Shown one piece after another: positions 40,630 to 54,927 of a DNA stretch of 64,000 nt. Position 1 is the first letter of the stretch. Every line of letters begins with the position of its first letter. The position numbers and the translations under genes were made by a program. The DNA comes from Octopus vulgaris. Lineage: Eukaryota. The notes under the pieces are model-generated. The model was not told the DNA's origin and made no database searches. It saw only the letters and a program-made list of their open reading frames with translations. The stretch lies in the NCBI GenBank assembly GCA_951406725.2, contig OX597817.1, positions 114,948,001 through 115,012,000 of the forward strand, given 5' to 3'.

Positions 40630-40825
40630 GACACCAAATGCACACACGCACACACATGTGCACGACAGGTTTCCACCCGCTTTCTGTCGATCAAATTTAC
40701 TCACGAGAAATTGGTCGGCTCGGGACTACAGTAGAAGACACTTGCCCAATGTGCCGCGAAATGTGACTGAAGTCGAAATTATGTGGTTGCGAAGCGAACT
40801 TCTAAACTATACAGTAATTCCTGCA
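40630..40825 (-). mobile_element. SINE family A 5' half, degenerate
   Basis: tagaagacacttgccca..gtgccgcg...atgtggttgcgaagc matches the reverse complement of the family A head. Confidence 0.6.
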
Positions 40826-40940
40826 ACCAGAAATAAGTGAGAGAAAAAATTATTAGTGACGGAGCGATATTATTTCAAGTATTTGAGAAAACTAAGGAGA
40901 GAATACCAAAGATCTCAAACTAGACTTGCTGCATCTATCA

Positions 40941-41024
<84 letters not shown>

Positions 41025-41071
41025 GCCTGCTTGTCTGTCCGCCTGTCTGTCTATATCTGTCTTCATACACG

Positions 41072-41192
<121 letters not shown>

Positions 41193-41194
41193 TT

Positions 41195-41519
41195 GTGGAG
41201 GCGCAATGGCCCAGTGGTTAGGGCAGCGGACTCGCGGTCGTAGGATCGTGGTTTCGATTCCCAGACCGGGCGTTGTGAGTGTTTATTGAGCGAAAACAAC
41301 TAAAGCTCCACGAGGCTCTTACTTCCTGTTTCTGTTCTACCTGTATTTCAAAGGGCCGGCCTTGTCACTCTCTGTGTCACGCTGAATATTCCCGAGAACT
41401 ACGTTAAGAGTACACGTGTCTGTGGAGTGCTCAGCCACTTACACGTTAATTTCACGAGCAGGCTGTTCCGTTGATTCGGATCAACCGGAACCCTCGTCGT
41501 CGTAACCGACGGAGTGCTT

Positions 41520-41521
<2 letters not shown>
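41195..41521 (+). mobile_element. SINE family B copy (young, tRNA-Arg-like head, tail type 3) within (TA)n
   Basis: ggcgcaatggcccagtggttagggcagcggactcgcggtcgtaggatcgtggtttcgattccc with A and B boxes, continuing into SINE body. Confidence 0.88.
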
Positions 41522-41601
<80 letters not shown>

Positions 41602-41860
41602 TTAAGGCAGGATGTGTGTGTGTGTGTGTGTGTGTACGTGATTGTAGTTTATGCACATCCACAAATTAGCATGCATGTCACTCAAATTCTAGGAGGACAT
41701 TCGTCACGATCCTAGCTGTATTTTCGTCTAATTATTTTCCCAAGAGGCACCCGCGAATAGCGGTAAATACGGCGGAGAAATCCACTGTAGTGACGCCATT
41801 ATTGTTTAAAAAACGTGAGTCAAGTCCCCTTCTAGCGATGGTGTAAAGTGAGGGAGGGAG

Positions 41861-41901
<41 letters not shown>

Positions 41902-42049
41902 AGATTTTTTAAATTTCTTTTTAGTGAGTGATTGACAGACAAAAACAGACAGACAAGTGTTGTTATGTATGCATGTGTAAATGGCTTCAGTCACACACAC
42001 ATGAGCATGTATGCGTACAAATCACATGCATGCAATGTGAGTGCTGACC

Positions 42050-42093
<44 letters not shown>

Positions 42094-42536
42094 TATATAA
42101 ACGATATTCTCCGTTTCTCCACAACTAATTTCCAAATTAGCTGAATCCGTTGCTCTACTCAGCGATATATAGCTGGTCGTGCGTGAACATAGGGGATAGG
42201 TGAGGTTACCAGAGCAAAAGGCCTACGTGTTGACTGTAGACACGCTCCTTCGCAAACGATTAGCTATTATTTTGTAAACAATGTTTCGAAACTGTTCATG
42301 TTATCGAATGGAGAGATCTGACTCTCACATCTCTGCGGGTGAAGGTAGGTTTCTCTATTCCTGTTACAAAACTTACGTCCGGGTGTCAAATTTGCTTTAA
42401 TTGATGGTATTACTCGGGTAGGAGGTGGTGGTAGGACAGGGGCAGGGGCAAAGGCGTGCAAAAACATGTATGCAATAGGTGTATGTACGTATATGTTTCT
42501 GTGTGTGTGTGTGTTGCCCATATATATATATATATA

Positions 42537-43280
42537 CTTAGTTGTGATCTGGACATAACCGCCTCTCGCACAGAGAATCGGGGACCCTTTTGGGCGTTCT
42601 ATTTTCCTTGTTGGAAGGGTTCCCAACCCATGGGCAAAATGGGGTTACATGATGGGGGTGGTGTTTTCAAAAGGGTTGGCATATGCAACTTGATCACCTC
42701 TGCCGATCAAACTCCCAACCCATGCGCTCCCGTCGCGACACTGATTCTGCAGAACTGGGTTGGGTATGAAAGCCAATTCTAAAGTATAAATATAGATGTT
42801 TTTGAATCAGCAATGTTCGGTTAAGTCCTATTTGGGGTGAAAAATCAATAAAGTGATTCCATATGGGGTTTTCCATTTAATCAGGATAAAAAAAAAAAAT
42901 CGATAAACCGATTCCTTATAGGACTTCCCACTAAAATTGGCTACACCCCATTTTCAACAATAACGTCTACCAATTTTGATGTATTTTGTTCAAACTTGAT
43001 ACCGTCATTACTTAGGACTCATGGGATCTTTGAATGCTTTAAGTTCTCCAAAAACGAAAAGAAAAAAAAAACAATCGATGAGTGGAAAAAAATCGATAAA
43101 CCGATTTCTTATGGGATTTCCCAATCAAATTTTCTGCAAAATTTCAGCAAAAGTTTACCAATTTCAACGGATTTCACTCAAATTTGACGTCGACGTTACT
43201 TAGTTTGCTTCGAAATAAAGAGCTTGATTAGCTTAATAATCCTAACTTAATCACGAGCAAAACCGGGCTATACTGCTAGT
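42537..43280 (+). mobile_element. probable non-autonomous Helitron-type element
   Basis: Ends cacgagcaaaaccgggctatactgctagt, the same terminus type as the Helitron at 13750-13775; internal duplication aaaaaatcgataaaccgatt.cttat.gga.ttccca. Confidence 0.6.
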
Positions 43281-43304
43281 CTTTTATATTATATATTTTA
43301 TATA

Positions 43305-43373
<69 letters not shown>

Positions 43374-43374
43374 T

Positions 43375-43594
43375 ACCGGAGTAAGCACATAATTTTGAAA
43401 CAAGGTAGAAAAAAGAATACTCAAATACCAGAGGTAGAGCAATATGCTTTATTGAAAAGGAGCAGAAATATCACGAAGACTGTTACTCAGAGTTTCACGT
43501 TCCCGTTCGTCTAACAAAACTGTCCGACGTACGGGAACTTGAAACTCTGAGTAACAGTTTTGTGGTATTTCTGGTGCTTTTCAATAAAGTATAT
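43375..43594. mobile_element. PLE pLTR foldback with two degenerate hammerheads
   Basis: Arms ~43442-43513 / 43521-43594; plus motif aaaactgt CCGACGT acgggaactt GAAA ctctgag TA acagtttt. Confidence 0.75.
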
Positions 43595-43704
43595 ATATAT
43601 ATATATATATACATATACATTCCCACACCTCCACACATATATATACATACACACACATTTATACATAGACATACATATGTATGAGAGTATTTATATATAT
43701 ATGC

Positions 43705-43752
<48 letters not shown>

Positions 43753-43834
43753 ATGGGCATTTATATATATGTGCGAGAGTACTTATATATTAATATACAT
43801 ATAAATATATGTATATACCTGCATATATATATGC

Positions 43835-43869
<35 letters not shown>

Positions 43870-44230
43870 TGTATTAGTATGTGCTTGTTTGTTAAAACTA
43901 TGCAACAAGCAAATTAGATAAAAGAACTCTGTACTAGTTTGTAGTAGAGTAAATTAAATTTATGGATATCTTTGTTCACAAACGTACCATTTGATTCGCT
44001 CTGTTGGAGTTTATCAAAATGTTTTGGAAAGCTTCATCGGAGCGAAACAAATTGTACGTGTGTCATCAACGGTATCAATAAATACATACATGTATACATA
44101 TAAGTACACATACACATAAATACACATACACATAAATGCATACGTGGATACACATAAGTAGAAGTTAATATGCACACGCATATATGCATATAAATATACA
44201 TATATGTACACACACACAAGCAGACACACA

Positions 44231-44268
<38 letters not shown>

Positions 44269-44616
44269 AAGTCACTGCCCGCGTTGCGGCCACCTCAGGT
44301 TATAGGATCTCGCGCTTACAGAAATTGTAAATTGTGAGTACTAATTTCGCGATACAGTCTGTAATTTCGCTTTCATAGTAAACCGGAGAAAATGAAAAAA
44401 ATACACTCTCTGCTTAGCCAAAAGGTTACTTCTTAGCATTTTACCTCAGATCAAAGTAGTTAATTTGAAAATCTATAATCACGACACACACACACACACA
44501 TGTGCATGTGTATATAAAAGTTTGTCACTACAAACATTTACTGAGTGTGACATGGAATATTTCACAGTGATTATTTATGTGTAGTTTGTGCATATTGTGT
44601 TCCAATGTCTGTCTGA

Positions 44617-44730
<114 letters not shown>

Positions 44731-46293
44731 GACATTCACTACCACCACTATCTATCATCAACAGACGCACAAGCAGCATCAACACCCAAACCAATACAAT
44801 CAAAGCCATTACTTACGCACCAACTCCCTAATGACCAAAAACAGGAACAACAATAGTATGAATATGATAAACAGCTCCATATGAAATGAAATAAAACAGC
44901 GGCATGAGATAAAGTAATACTCAAGCATATTTTGAATGTTGATTGGAATGTTATTGAAAAGTCAATGAATTTTGGCTTAAGGTTAACAGCAACCAGAATA
45001 CCTACACCGAACACGAACAGGAATAAACCAATACCATCATTACCAACACACCATCTTTTCCATAATCAATTGGTAATAAAAATAATAGTCCCAACATGAT
45101 AGCTATATCTGTAGTTACATATGTTGAATGTCAATACAACAGTGCTTATGCGTGTGCGTGTGTAAGTAGGATGTAGAGTTTTATGGCTCAAGTTAGAGAC
45201 GCAAGTAGCGAAGCGCTCATTAATCTGGCAACTCTTCAAGCATCTATAATCGTGCAGGACTTCCTCCCACATCACTCCTTCACCTTTTCATTTTCACATT
45301 TCTATTGTTATATCCACAGGAATAAGAAAAATATTTTGCTTTCGCAAAACAACTCTTTCCTGATGCAGCTTTTCACTTAATATTTGGTGTTGATAACCAT
45401 TGCTACGGCATTTAAACCTATAATCCAAGATGGTTGGAAAGAAGCCGTTAACGGAAACTCAAGGACGTAGTGCAGAAAAGAACAGTAAACGGATTATACT
45501 GGATATTATACTTGCTGCCTTAAGAAGAATTCATGCAGGAGAAAAAATCAGCCACATTGCTAAAGATTAAAGCCGACAACCACTATAATAGGAACAATAC
45601 ATGACAATAACAAAAAATTGAGAGAAGCGCTCAAGAAGTTATCCTGTTAAAACTGCTTGGACCTTATGTTTTCATAGATATAATGTGTTGCTTAAAATGG
45701 GTGTACGGATTGAAAATCAGGCTCGAGGTATTGCGCTGATTAGCACAACGGAAATCAAGAAAAGTCGCAACTTTGTATGACGGTTTGCAGTAAAACGAAG
45801 GTGAAGCTTCTAATGAAAAACCTTTCCTGACTAGTAAATGCTTGTTCGAAAGGCTGAAGAAGCATGTGGATATGCATTACGCGTTATTGACTCGTGTCAG
45901 ATATTGATACAAGTTTACAAAAATCGTCTGACGCTTCTTGCGATGATATGAATTAAAGACCGCTCCTCGTGTACCACTTCCAAGGTTACAAAAAATTTAA
46001 GTTGCCTGACTTGGCCTTTAAATAAGAAGGCGTGGATGACTAGGAACCTGTTTCGAAGAGAGGTTTACGAATTTCTCTTCGAATACTTTTATGTATAAAT
46101 ATTTTACTGTGGATGTTTAGAAAATTTCTTTTTCATGCATAAGAATAGTTATGGCGCCTTGAGGCCCTGCTTTTCGTTATATTTTGAAAATAACTGCAGG
46201 AACGCAGTTTCACTTTATAATACCAGAATGAACAAGAAAATTAATTTCGCGTTTTTCAGGAGAGCAAATTACTCCCGTAAGACATAGTATTGT

Positions 46294-46411
<118 letters not shown>

Positions 46412-46468
46412 TATACGACATAGAGGAAATGAAAGGATGAACACAGAAATCAATTTATTTATATAATA

Positions 46469-46575
46469 GTCAATTTCATGTTGTCTACGCACGTTTCAAT
46501 TTTTACCGTGAGTCATATTTTACAATTAAAATTGTTGTATGAATTTAGGTGAAAATCTCTTCAGGACAAAATTGA
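46469..46575 (-). ncRNA. type I hammerhead ribozyme motif
   Basis: ucaauuuu-guc CUGAAGA gauuuucacc...aaaaauu GAAA CGUGCG UA gac...gaaauugac. Confidence 0.8.
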
Positions 46576-46660
46576 ATATAGTCATTTACATCCTAATGGA
46601 TGGAGAGTTCATTACAGCCTGAATAGCAGCCTGTGTATGTGTGTATGCGCACGCGCGCGC

Positions 46661-46697
<37 letters not shown>

Positions 46698-47093
46698 CAG
46701 GTGTGCCTTTAGATTCTGTTCTAAAAATAGCTAGAGGTTAAACTTCAACCATGGTGGAATATGGTTAGTTGCAGTTCTGAAGAATTAGGTCATACTCTTA
46801 TTCACGCTTAATGGTATTTAGATCGGTTTTTTAGAGGCCATTCTTCTCTCTATTCACTTCTCAAGAGAATAAAGAATAAGAAATAAACATTTATATACGC
46901 ATAAGTATTCAAATCTATTTACTTATTGCCTATGAATATAAGAAGCTCCCTTTCCCTAATTCATCTGATATAATTGTTAATTCATTTATTTACATATATC
47001 AGCTGATAGTAAAGATTTCAACGTGTATCTTCTCACTATCCTTTAAGTTGGACAGAAGAAACTATCCATCCTTTGCGATGTAAATGAATATAT

Positions 47094-47205
47094 GTCAATT
47101 TTGCCCTGAAGAGATTTTTACCTTTTAAATTCATAATGCAAATTTAATTGTAAAATATGAATGAAGGTGAGAAATTGAAACGAGCGTAGGCTACATGAAA
47201 TTGAC
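47094..47205 (+). ncRNA. type I hammerhead ribozyme motif
   Basis: gtcaatttt-gcc CTGAAGA gatttttacc...ggtgagaaatt GAAA cgagcg TA ggc...gaaattgac. Confidence 0.8.
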
Positions 47206-47475
47206 TATTACATAAATAAATTGATTTTTGTGTTCACCCTCTCCATTTTCTTTATATTATACTATCAAAATTCTGTTCTATATAGGATACATGAAAACAT
47301 CTATAATGACAACTGGAACTTCATATGTGTAAAGCACAGATGTCAAAGAACCATCAATAGGTAGTAATGCTAACCCAAATTAACAAATCCCAGGAAAATT
47401 AATCGATATGGAGCTAAACCGGTGTACGCTTGGATGAAATATATCCCTGAGAAAGAGCAACTTCTTTCTATTCGA

Positions 47476-47515
<40 letters not shown>

Positions 47516-47550
47516 CAAAGTTGAGTTGTGGGGTATAGCACGAGTGGAAT

Positions 47551-47704
47551 TATATACGAAAGAAGGTTTGAAAATGCAATTTAAAAGATGTTTATTTACT
47601 TTACCGGTTTCACTCTTTGGAAAAAGATTCTCAATCTTTTTCCAAAGAGTGAAACCGGTAAAGTAAATAAACATCTTTTAAATTGCATTTTCAAACCTTC
47701 TTTC

Positions 47705-47711
<7 letters not shown>
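47551..47711. repeat. perfect 79-bp-arm palindrome (3-nt loop), pLTR-derived
   Basis: Arms 47551-47629 / 47633-47711; each carries the GAAA-CCGG-UA half hammerhead; flanked by (TA)n. Confidence 0.92.
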
Positions 47712-47777
<66 letters not shown>

Positions 47778-47872
47778 CGTATGTATGTATGTATGTATGT
47801 ATGTATGTTATGTATGTATGACTGTATGTGCTTGTTACACATTTATGCGCGCCCATACACACATACACACAG

Positions 47873-47960
<88 letters not shown>

Positions 47961-48829
47961 TTAAATAAATGTCAAGAGAAGTGGAATTACATATTCAACT
48001 TTAGCTTACAGATGCTTCTGCTGTAAGATACAGTGCACTCAGAGCCGAGTGTTTGTGCAGCTTAATGCAGAAACAGCTGTAAGCTAATGCAATGGGTCAC
48101 TTAATTCCTGTTCAATTGTCATTTATTATTTGCGCTCTGTATTCATCTAATGTCATATTCTAAAGCATATGAATATTGACTTCTAATACGAGCGTATTAG
48201 CGAGGCTATGCCAAAGTAAAATTTTTATACACACATACACACACACACATACACACACACACACACATACACACACATATGTATGTGCGTGTGTGTGTGT
48301 ATGTGTATGTATATGTGTGCGAATGTGCATGTATGTGTGTATGAGTGTATATATATATATATATATGTATGCATATACTATTTTATATATCACGCTGAAC
48401 GCAGATATACTGGTGAAAGCTTGGAAATTAAGATATTTGTTTCAAAGTAGTATGTCTTTTATGCACAGAAATATATCAGTAACAAACGAAAATCGTCCAG
48501 CTGCAGAGATGGCATTGCTGAATATATATTTCTGCTCCTTTGAGCTTCATCAGCAGCAAGTATATAATAGCAACGGCATGCAAAGACAACTGTAGTCTCT
48601 ACTAATAAAAAAAGAACCCAGTGATATATCTGTTGAAAATTGCATTCTGTATTCTTTAATTGCTGCTTTTTTTTACCAGTAGATATTAAGAATGTCTTCT
48701 ATTTTGTAGCGTATTCAAACTGTTGCAGTGGATCTTGAAAACCTACTGAACTTTATATCTGTTTTAGAAGTGTTGAGTCTTTTCCACTGTAAGTGTTGTT
48801 GTATTTAATATAAAAAACACTAATATTAA

Positions 48830-49024
<195 letters not shown>

Positions 49025-49515
49025 GCGCGTGTGTGTGAGTTTGTGTGTGTGTTTATGTGAGTGTATATTTGTGTGCATGTTTTGGTGTGTAGGTGGGCAT
49101 ATGTGTGTTTTCAGCTGCGTACATACACATATATACAAAAGCTCATAATGTATACCATAATGTTGTCATACCTGTATATGTACATCAGTAATTAAACGTA
49201 GAATGTATAATATATGTGTATGATTTTTTTCTTTTGGAAATGAAGGCTCATACACGCATACTAATTTATATACATTTATATACATACGTACATACATTAA
49301 GATATAAATACACAAGCGCACACATATTATAAACATTATACACATCCGTACATACATACATACATACATACATACATACATACATACATACATACATACA
49401 TACATACATACATACATACATACATACATACAAAGAAATAGAGGTTATGGGAGATATGTATATCGAGACACGAGGAAGAGTGAAAGAAGAAATAGAGAAA
49501 GCGTGTGTAGGTGTG

Positions 49516-49592
<77 letters not shown>

Positions 49593-50172
49593 CCGATAGA
49601 CAGAAAGATTTGCAATTACACATAAAAGAATATAACGTATTTGATATACAGTCTGCGTACAGTCTCTGTTGATAGTTGGCAATATTTGGCAATATTTCTT
49701 GGCTGTTAAATTTTTTGTGTCGGTGTGAAAATATGCACATCTTTATATATAATTTGGGCATAAATATGCATAAAGCAGCTTGTACATATATGTGCAGGGA
49801 TAAGAAAACATATATGTATATTGACAGATATGTACATCCTGTATTTGATTCTCGTTTTTTGTAAGCCAAAAGCTAGGTTGCAAAAACGTATATTTACTAG
49901 CAAATATATAAATGCATACATGTATTTTACACACATGCGTATTTATGTGTGTGTGTGTGTGTGTATGTGTGTGTGTGTGTGTGTTTGTGTACACACATCT
50001 AAATCACAAATTCTGAAATGGATAAAGTTGTTACAGAGTAAATTATTTCCTAATAGCATTATGGAACGCTTCCAATTAGGAACCGATGCTATACTGTTAT
50101 ATTCTCAATATATATATCCACATACACACACATACATAAATACATACATACATACATACATACATACATACA

Positions 50173-50206
<34 letters not shown>

Positions 50207-50523
50207 CATACATACATACATACACACATATGTACATGTGTGTGTGTGTATATAAGTATGTATATATTTATATACACATACGTATATGTGTGTGTGTATA
50301 CATATGTATGTATGTACACGCACACACATATATACATATATATATGTACATATTTACAAATATATATGCACGCGTCTTTAAATTTTATGTTTACACATAC
50401 ATAGCAAAATATAATATATATATGTGTATGTGTATACATACATACACACACATAGTTATAACATTCATATATGCTTACATCCGCATAAATCATACGTATA
50501 TATAGGTATGTATACATACACGG

Positions 50524-50567
<44 letters not shown>

Positions 50568-50965
50568 GCATACATATATTTCTATTCACACACATGCACA
50601 CAACGAATTGCTTACTGTATGTGTGTGCGCACACTCGTATGCATATTTTAATACACAAATTATAATTACCCGTACGTCATTTTCAATAAAGGTAAAGTAA
50701 GGAAATGAAATTTTATAGCGTATGTCACAGATTGTTCATACACGCTTTAAAGTTATTTAACTACCGATGAAATAAACTGTGATATACTAAATTATATAAA
50801 AAATACTATTTTCAACATCACTCATTTAACGACACGATATTTTCCATCAAATTTGTATGTACATGTCTATATTAATGCTGATGTCTAAGCTGAATTTAAA
50901 TCAGCTAAAATATAGTTATTAACGCCTTTCCTGTAAAACTCTACAGAGGCTCAAATTCACCTTAC

Positions 50966-51280
50966 GGGCATGGGATTGCAGCTAGAATGTTTCCCTCTGA
51001 AGCACAAGTTCGTGCTAGGTTGTTTGTGGAAGACCAGCAGTTGCCCATGCATACCAGTCTCCTTCCTCCACGCCACTCGTGTTGGCCCAGGGAAAGGCAA
51101 AGTCCGATACAGCTCGGCATCAGTGACATCACAACTCGGTTCTACAGCTGTGTGAACTGGAGCAACGTGATATAAAGTGATTTGCTGAAGAGCACAACAC
51201 ATTGCCCGGTCCAGAAATCGAACTCACAACCTCACGACTCTAAACCCGAGGCTTTAACCACTAATCCATGCGCCTTCACA
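50966..51280 (-). mobile_element. SINE family B copy (tail type 2) with 8-bp TSD
   Basis: Homologous to 22444-22793; TSD caccttac at 50958-50965 and 51281-51288. Confidence 0.85.
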
Positions 51281-51763
51281 CACCTTACTCCTTACTACAA
51301 GTACACCCTCGTTATACCTATGAAGGAAACTGTTTAAACACATACAAAGCAGAACTTAGTGTTAATGGCTAAACTAGTTTGTAAACCAATGCCTGATTAA
51401 TTAATTAATGAGTGTTTCGAGCAATATTGCATGTAAACTATTTTCTCTATATAAGAATTGTCTAACTTCGTAAAATCTTTAATTCAGCATTATTTATTTT
51501 CATCGGGTTATACCGTATTGACGATTCTGAAGAAGGATGAAATAGTGCTGTACGTAACTACCAAAAACTGTAATGTGTAAGAAAATAAATATCAAATACG
51601 TTTGCTCCGTACACCTTTACGCTTCGATTTAAATTTCAAACTTCCAAATCCGCCTCAAATTTGCTTAATCGAGAAGGGACTGCATACCCTAGAAAACTTA
51701 TTACCAGGGACACACAACGTGTATAGCATGTATAGAAAGCCTAATATAAATTTCAAGTAGTTA

Positions 51764-52164
51764 AGTGGTTGTGTGGTAAGAAGTTTGGTTCCGAACCACT
51801 TGGTTCCGGGCTCAGTTCCACTGCGTGCAACCTTGGTTAGTGTCTTCTACTATAACCTCAGGCCGATGTAAAACCGTGTGTGATGGATTTAGTAGACAGA
51901 AACTGAAAGAAGCACGTCGTATCTCTCTCTTTCTCTCTCTCTACGTGTGTATTTGTGTCTTTGTGTCTGTGTTTGTCTCTCAACACCGCTTGACAGTTTG
52001 GGTGTGTTTACGTCCCTGTAAAGCATTCCAACAAAAGACACCGATAGAATAATTATCAGGCTTAAAAAATTAGTACTGGGGCCGATTCGTTTGACTAAAT
52101 TTCTTCAAGGCGGTGCCCCAGCATGACTTCAGTCAAATGACAGAAACCAGTAATAGATAAATGA
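51764..52164 (+). mobile_element. SINE family A copy (older)
   Basis: agtggttgtgtggtaag...ggcggtgccccagcatg..cagtcaaatgac.gaaac. Confidence 0.8.
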
Positions 52165-52484
52165 CAAACTAGTTTTTAATGTCTATGCTGTGAAATTCTA
52201 AACAGATTTAAATCCCTCTGGGTAGCTCTCTTTTATTTTTATTAAACAAAAGCATTTACTAAATAAAGAAGTCAATATATGAAACAAAGATATATATTTT
52301 TAGAGGCAGTAATATTTTCGGAGTTTCACCAAATCTGGTTTTTCAAGCTGTTTGAGAAACCAAACGTAGTGAAGCTTCAGTCACCTCTTTCATTGTTGTT
52401 TATGACATAAATTTGTAGTATATACTAGTTTATAGCTAGTATAAACATGTGTGGGAAGGCATACACATACGGGCGCACATACGA

Positions 52485-52532
<48 letters not shown>

Positions 52533-53562
52533 GCATACACACACACATATACATACATGGTTCAAATGTACAAAAGAGGTGAGTGAACAACAAACAAAGC
52601 GTATTAGTTTGACGCTCAAGAGAAGTGGATAAGTTCTTTGACGTTTCGAGCCCACTCTCTTCATATATGCATATACAGCTTCTACATTAACCGAGCAACC
52701 TCTAAACACTTTTGTAAATGAAGTATTGAGTAAATCTCTCTTGTCAAAACGATTTATACAAAATTTGTCGCAAATGACCACTAAGCTCCCCTCAGTCATA
52801 CTTATTATCACAGTTACATTCTTGATATATTTCTATTCTCACCATTTGTAGCACTTACACACTTTATGGTTTTGCATGCATAAAGTAATTAAATAATTAA
52901 TTATTTTTTGTCATCATTTTTGTTGCAAGAGATGTCACATTTGCAATGTTAATTTGTTTTACATATCTCACAAAACATATAACACCTATTTTTTTTTTAC
53001 TCTTTAAAGCCATGATACATTGATCGATAATATTGCCCAAAATGTCACGAGTAAAGTGAAAGACAATCTTCAGTGTTTTATAAAAAATCACCATTGTGAC
53101 AGTGATTTAGCTAACAGTGTAGTTTTAATAACATAGTGTGTTTGTCTGATCTGATAAAAAATCAAGTCTGTCAGCACAGATTCATATTTGTTCAATGATC
53201 GTGTATGAAATACTTTGCGTGGTAAGTTGTGATGTGAGGGAGTTTAACCTGTCATGTACAGTGTTAAGGAGCTGATAACTCTCTTTACCTGTTTAAGAAT
53301 ATCAATCAATAGCAATCTAAGAGTTAAAGTTGATAACATACTTATGAGACTATAACATAACAATATACCTAACAAAGTAAATACGTCATAAAATATTTGT
53401 CAGCAATTTGCGCTTCTAAATAGAATATCTTGTAGTGTTTCTTTCGGCTCTCTCTGCTTTGACTTCAAATCTTGTCAAAGTCAACTTTGCTTTTCATCCC
53501 TTCAGGATTCAATTACTAAAAGATTAGCTCAACTCTGGGGTAGATTCTTCTATCTTTCTAGA

Positions 53563-53602
<40 letters not shown>

Positions 53603-54714
53603 TCTCTCTCTCTTTCCTATTTTCTCTGGACGAAATCAGTTGTGGCCAGACCTGGAAACGAATGCGTTCTGTTATGTTTAAAAATGCTCAAGACTCGACT
53701 CAACCGGGAGTTCAAGATCCAAGGAAAGCAAGAGCTATACTACTCAAACTATATCAGGACAATGAAATACTCTTCGGCACTATAAATTAATATTTGTCAG
53801 TATATATCGTAATCTTCCCTCCTGAATAAATGAATAGCACATCCACATGAAACATATTTACAACTGAATGGACTAGGTTATTAAGGACCAAATACTTTCG
53901 ACAAGGATCCTAGCACAGCCTCAGTGATAAGATATTAGCTTCTGTTGCTTCAATTTTCAAGGACAAGTTTTAAACACCACAACCAGTTACATACATTAAC
54001 TGAGGCCTCGAAGGAGACTATGTAGTCACTTGGCTTCCACATCTCCCTCAAGTTACTCTCAGCCGTCTTAAAAATAGAAAATATCATTAGATGTTGTAGT
54101 CCTGGAACACCCTAAAAGAACGGAATGATTATGAGGGGAATTCCACTCAATCATAATTCACCTGAGGCTAACACCCCACAGCAATATATTTCTCTCGCTG
54201 ATCCTATTATTAAATCTACCATATTCTTCTAAATTTCAGCATTAAAAAAATTCTCTGTAATTAGTAAAATCTAAAAAACAATTGTTTATAGAGAAAAATG
54301 ATAAATTACATGTTTGAAGCTGTTTAGATTTCAATCTGATACTATACCAAAATAAAAATAGTCTTGGAATGTCTGAATCGATTTTGTAATGAAAGCATTA
54401 TAAAATTAAATATTAAATTTAGTTACTTCAAATTTATTAATATGGCTTAATGAATTTAATGTTTCAGCTGTTACATCTCGGCTGTTTTAAATCACTTCTA
54501 AAATTTTTCTCATTGTCTGCTAAAATTCACGAGTATTATACTGAATAAATATGTCTCAATAAAGTTTTGAATTTTCTTTTTAAGTTATCTAGAGATCATG
54601 AGCTCAAACCTTGATTCAGCCATTATATTCTTTGATTCTAAGACATATGGAGTTACTACCGATTCCATGCAACTTTTGTTGACTCGCTGCCAAATGAGTA
54701 CCTCAATATACTAT

Positions 54715-54927
54715 TGGTTTCAAATTTTGGCAAAAGGCCAGAAAATTCGTGGGGAGGGAGTAAGCCGATTACATCGACCTCAGTGCTCAACTGGTACTTA
54801 ATTTATCGACCCTTAAAGGATGAAAGACAACGTCGACCTCAGCAAAATTTCAACTCAGAATGTGAAGATGGACGAAATGCCTCTAAGAATTTTGTCCGGT
54901 TAAAGATTCTGCCGTACTTGCCGCCTT
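54715..54927 (-). mobile_element. SINE family C copy
   Basis: Reverse complement of the 2269/34801 family. Confidence 0.78.

Larger units (their letters stand above)
46412..47261. mobile_element. PLE-type insertion with diverged inverted pLTRs
   Basis: Inverted arms ~46412-46580 / 47088-47261, each with an intact hammerhead core; left end abuts (TA)n. Confidence 0.8.

Noticed and set aside
41195-41275. tRNA gene
   Set aside because: A and B boxes present but no proper acceptor stem, and it continues into a SINE body shared with other copies.
45400-46250. Possible hAT transposase remnant
   Set aside because: Only weak fragments (RLKKHVDMHY); unsupported.
51520-51560. CTGAAGA-aggat-GAAA-tagtgctg-TA hammerhead-like string
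   Set aside because: No credible helix I or II; probably chance.
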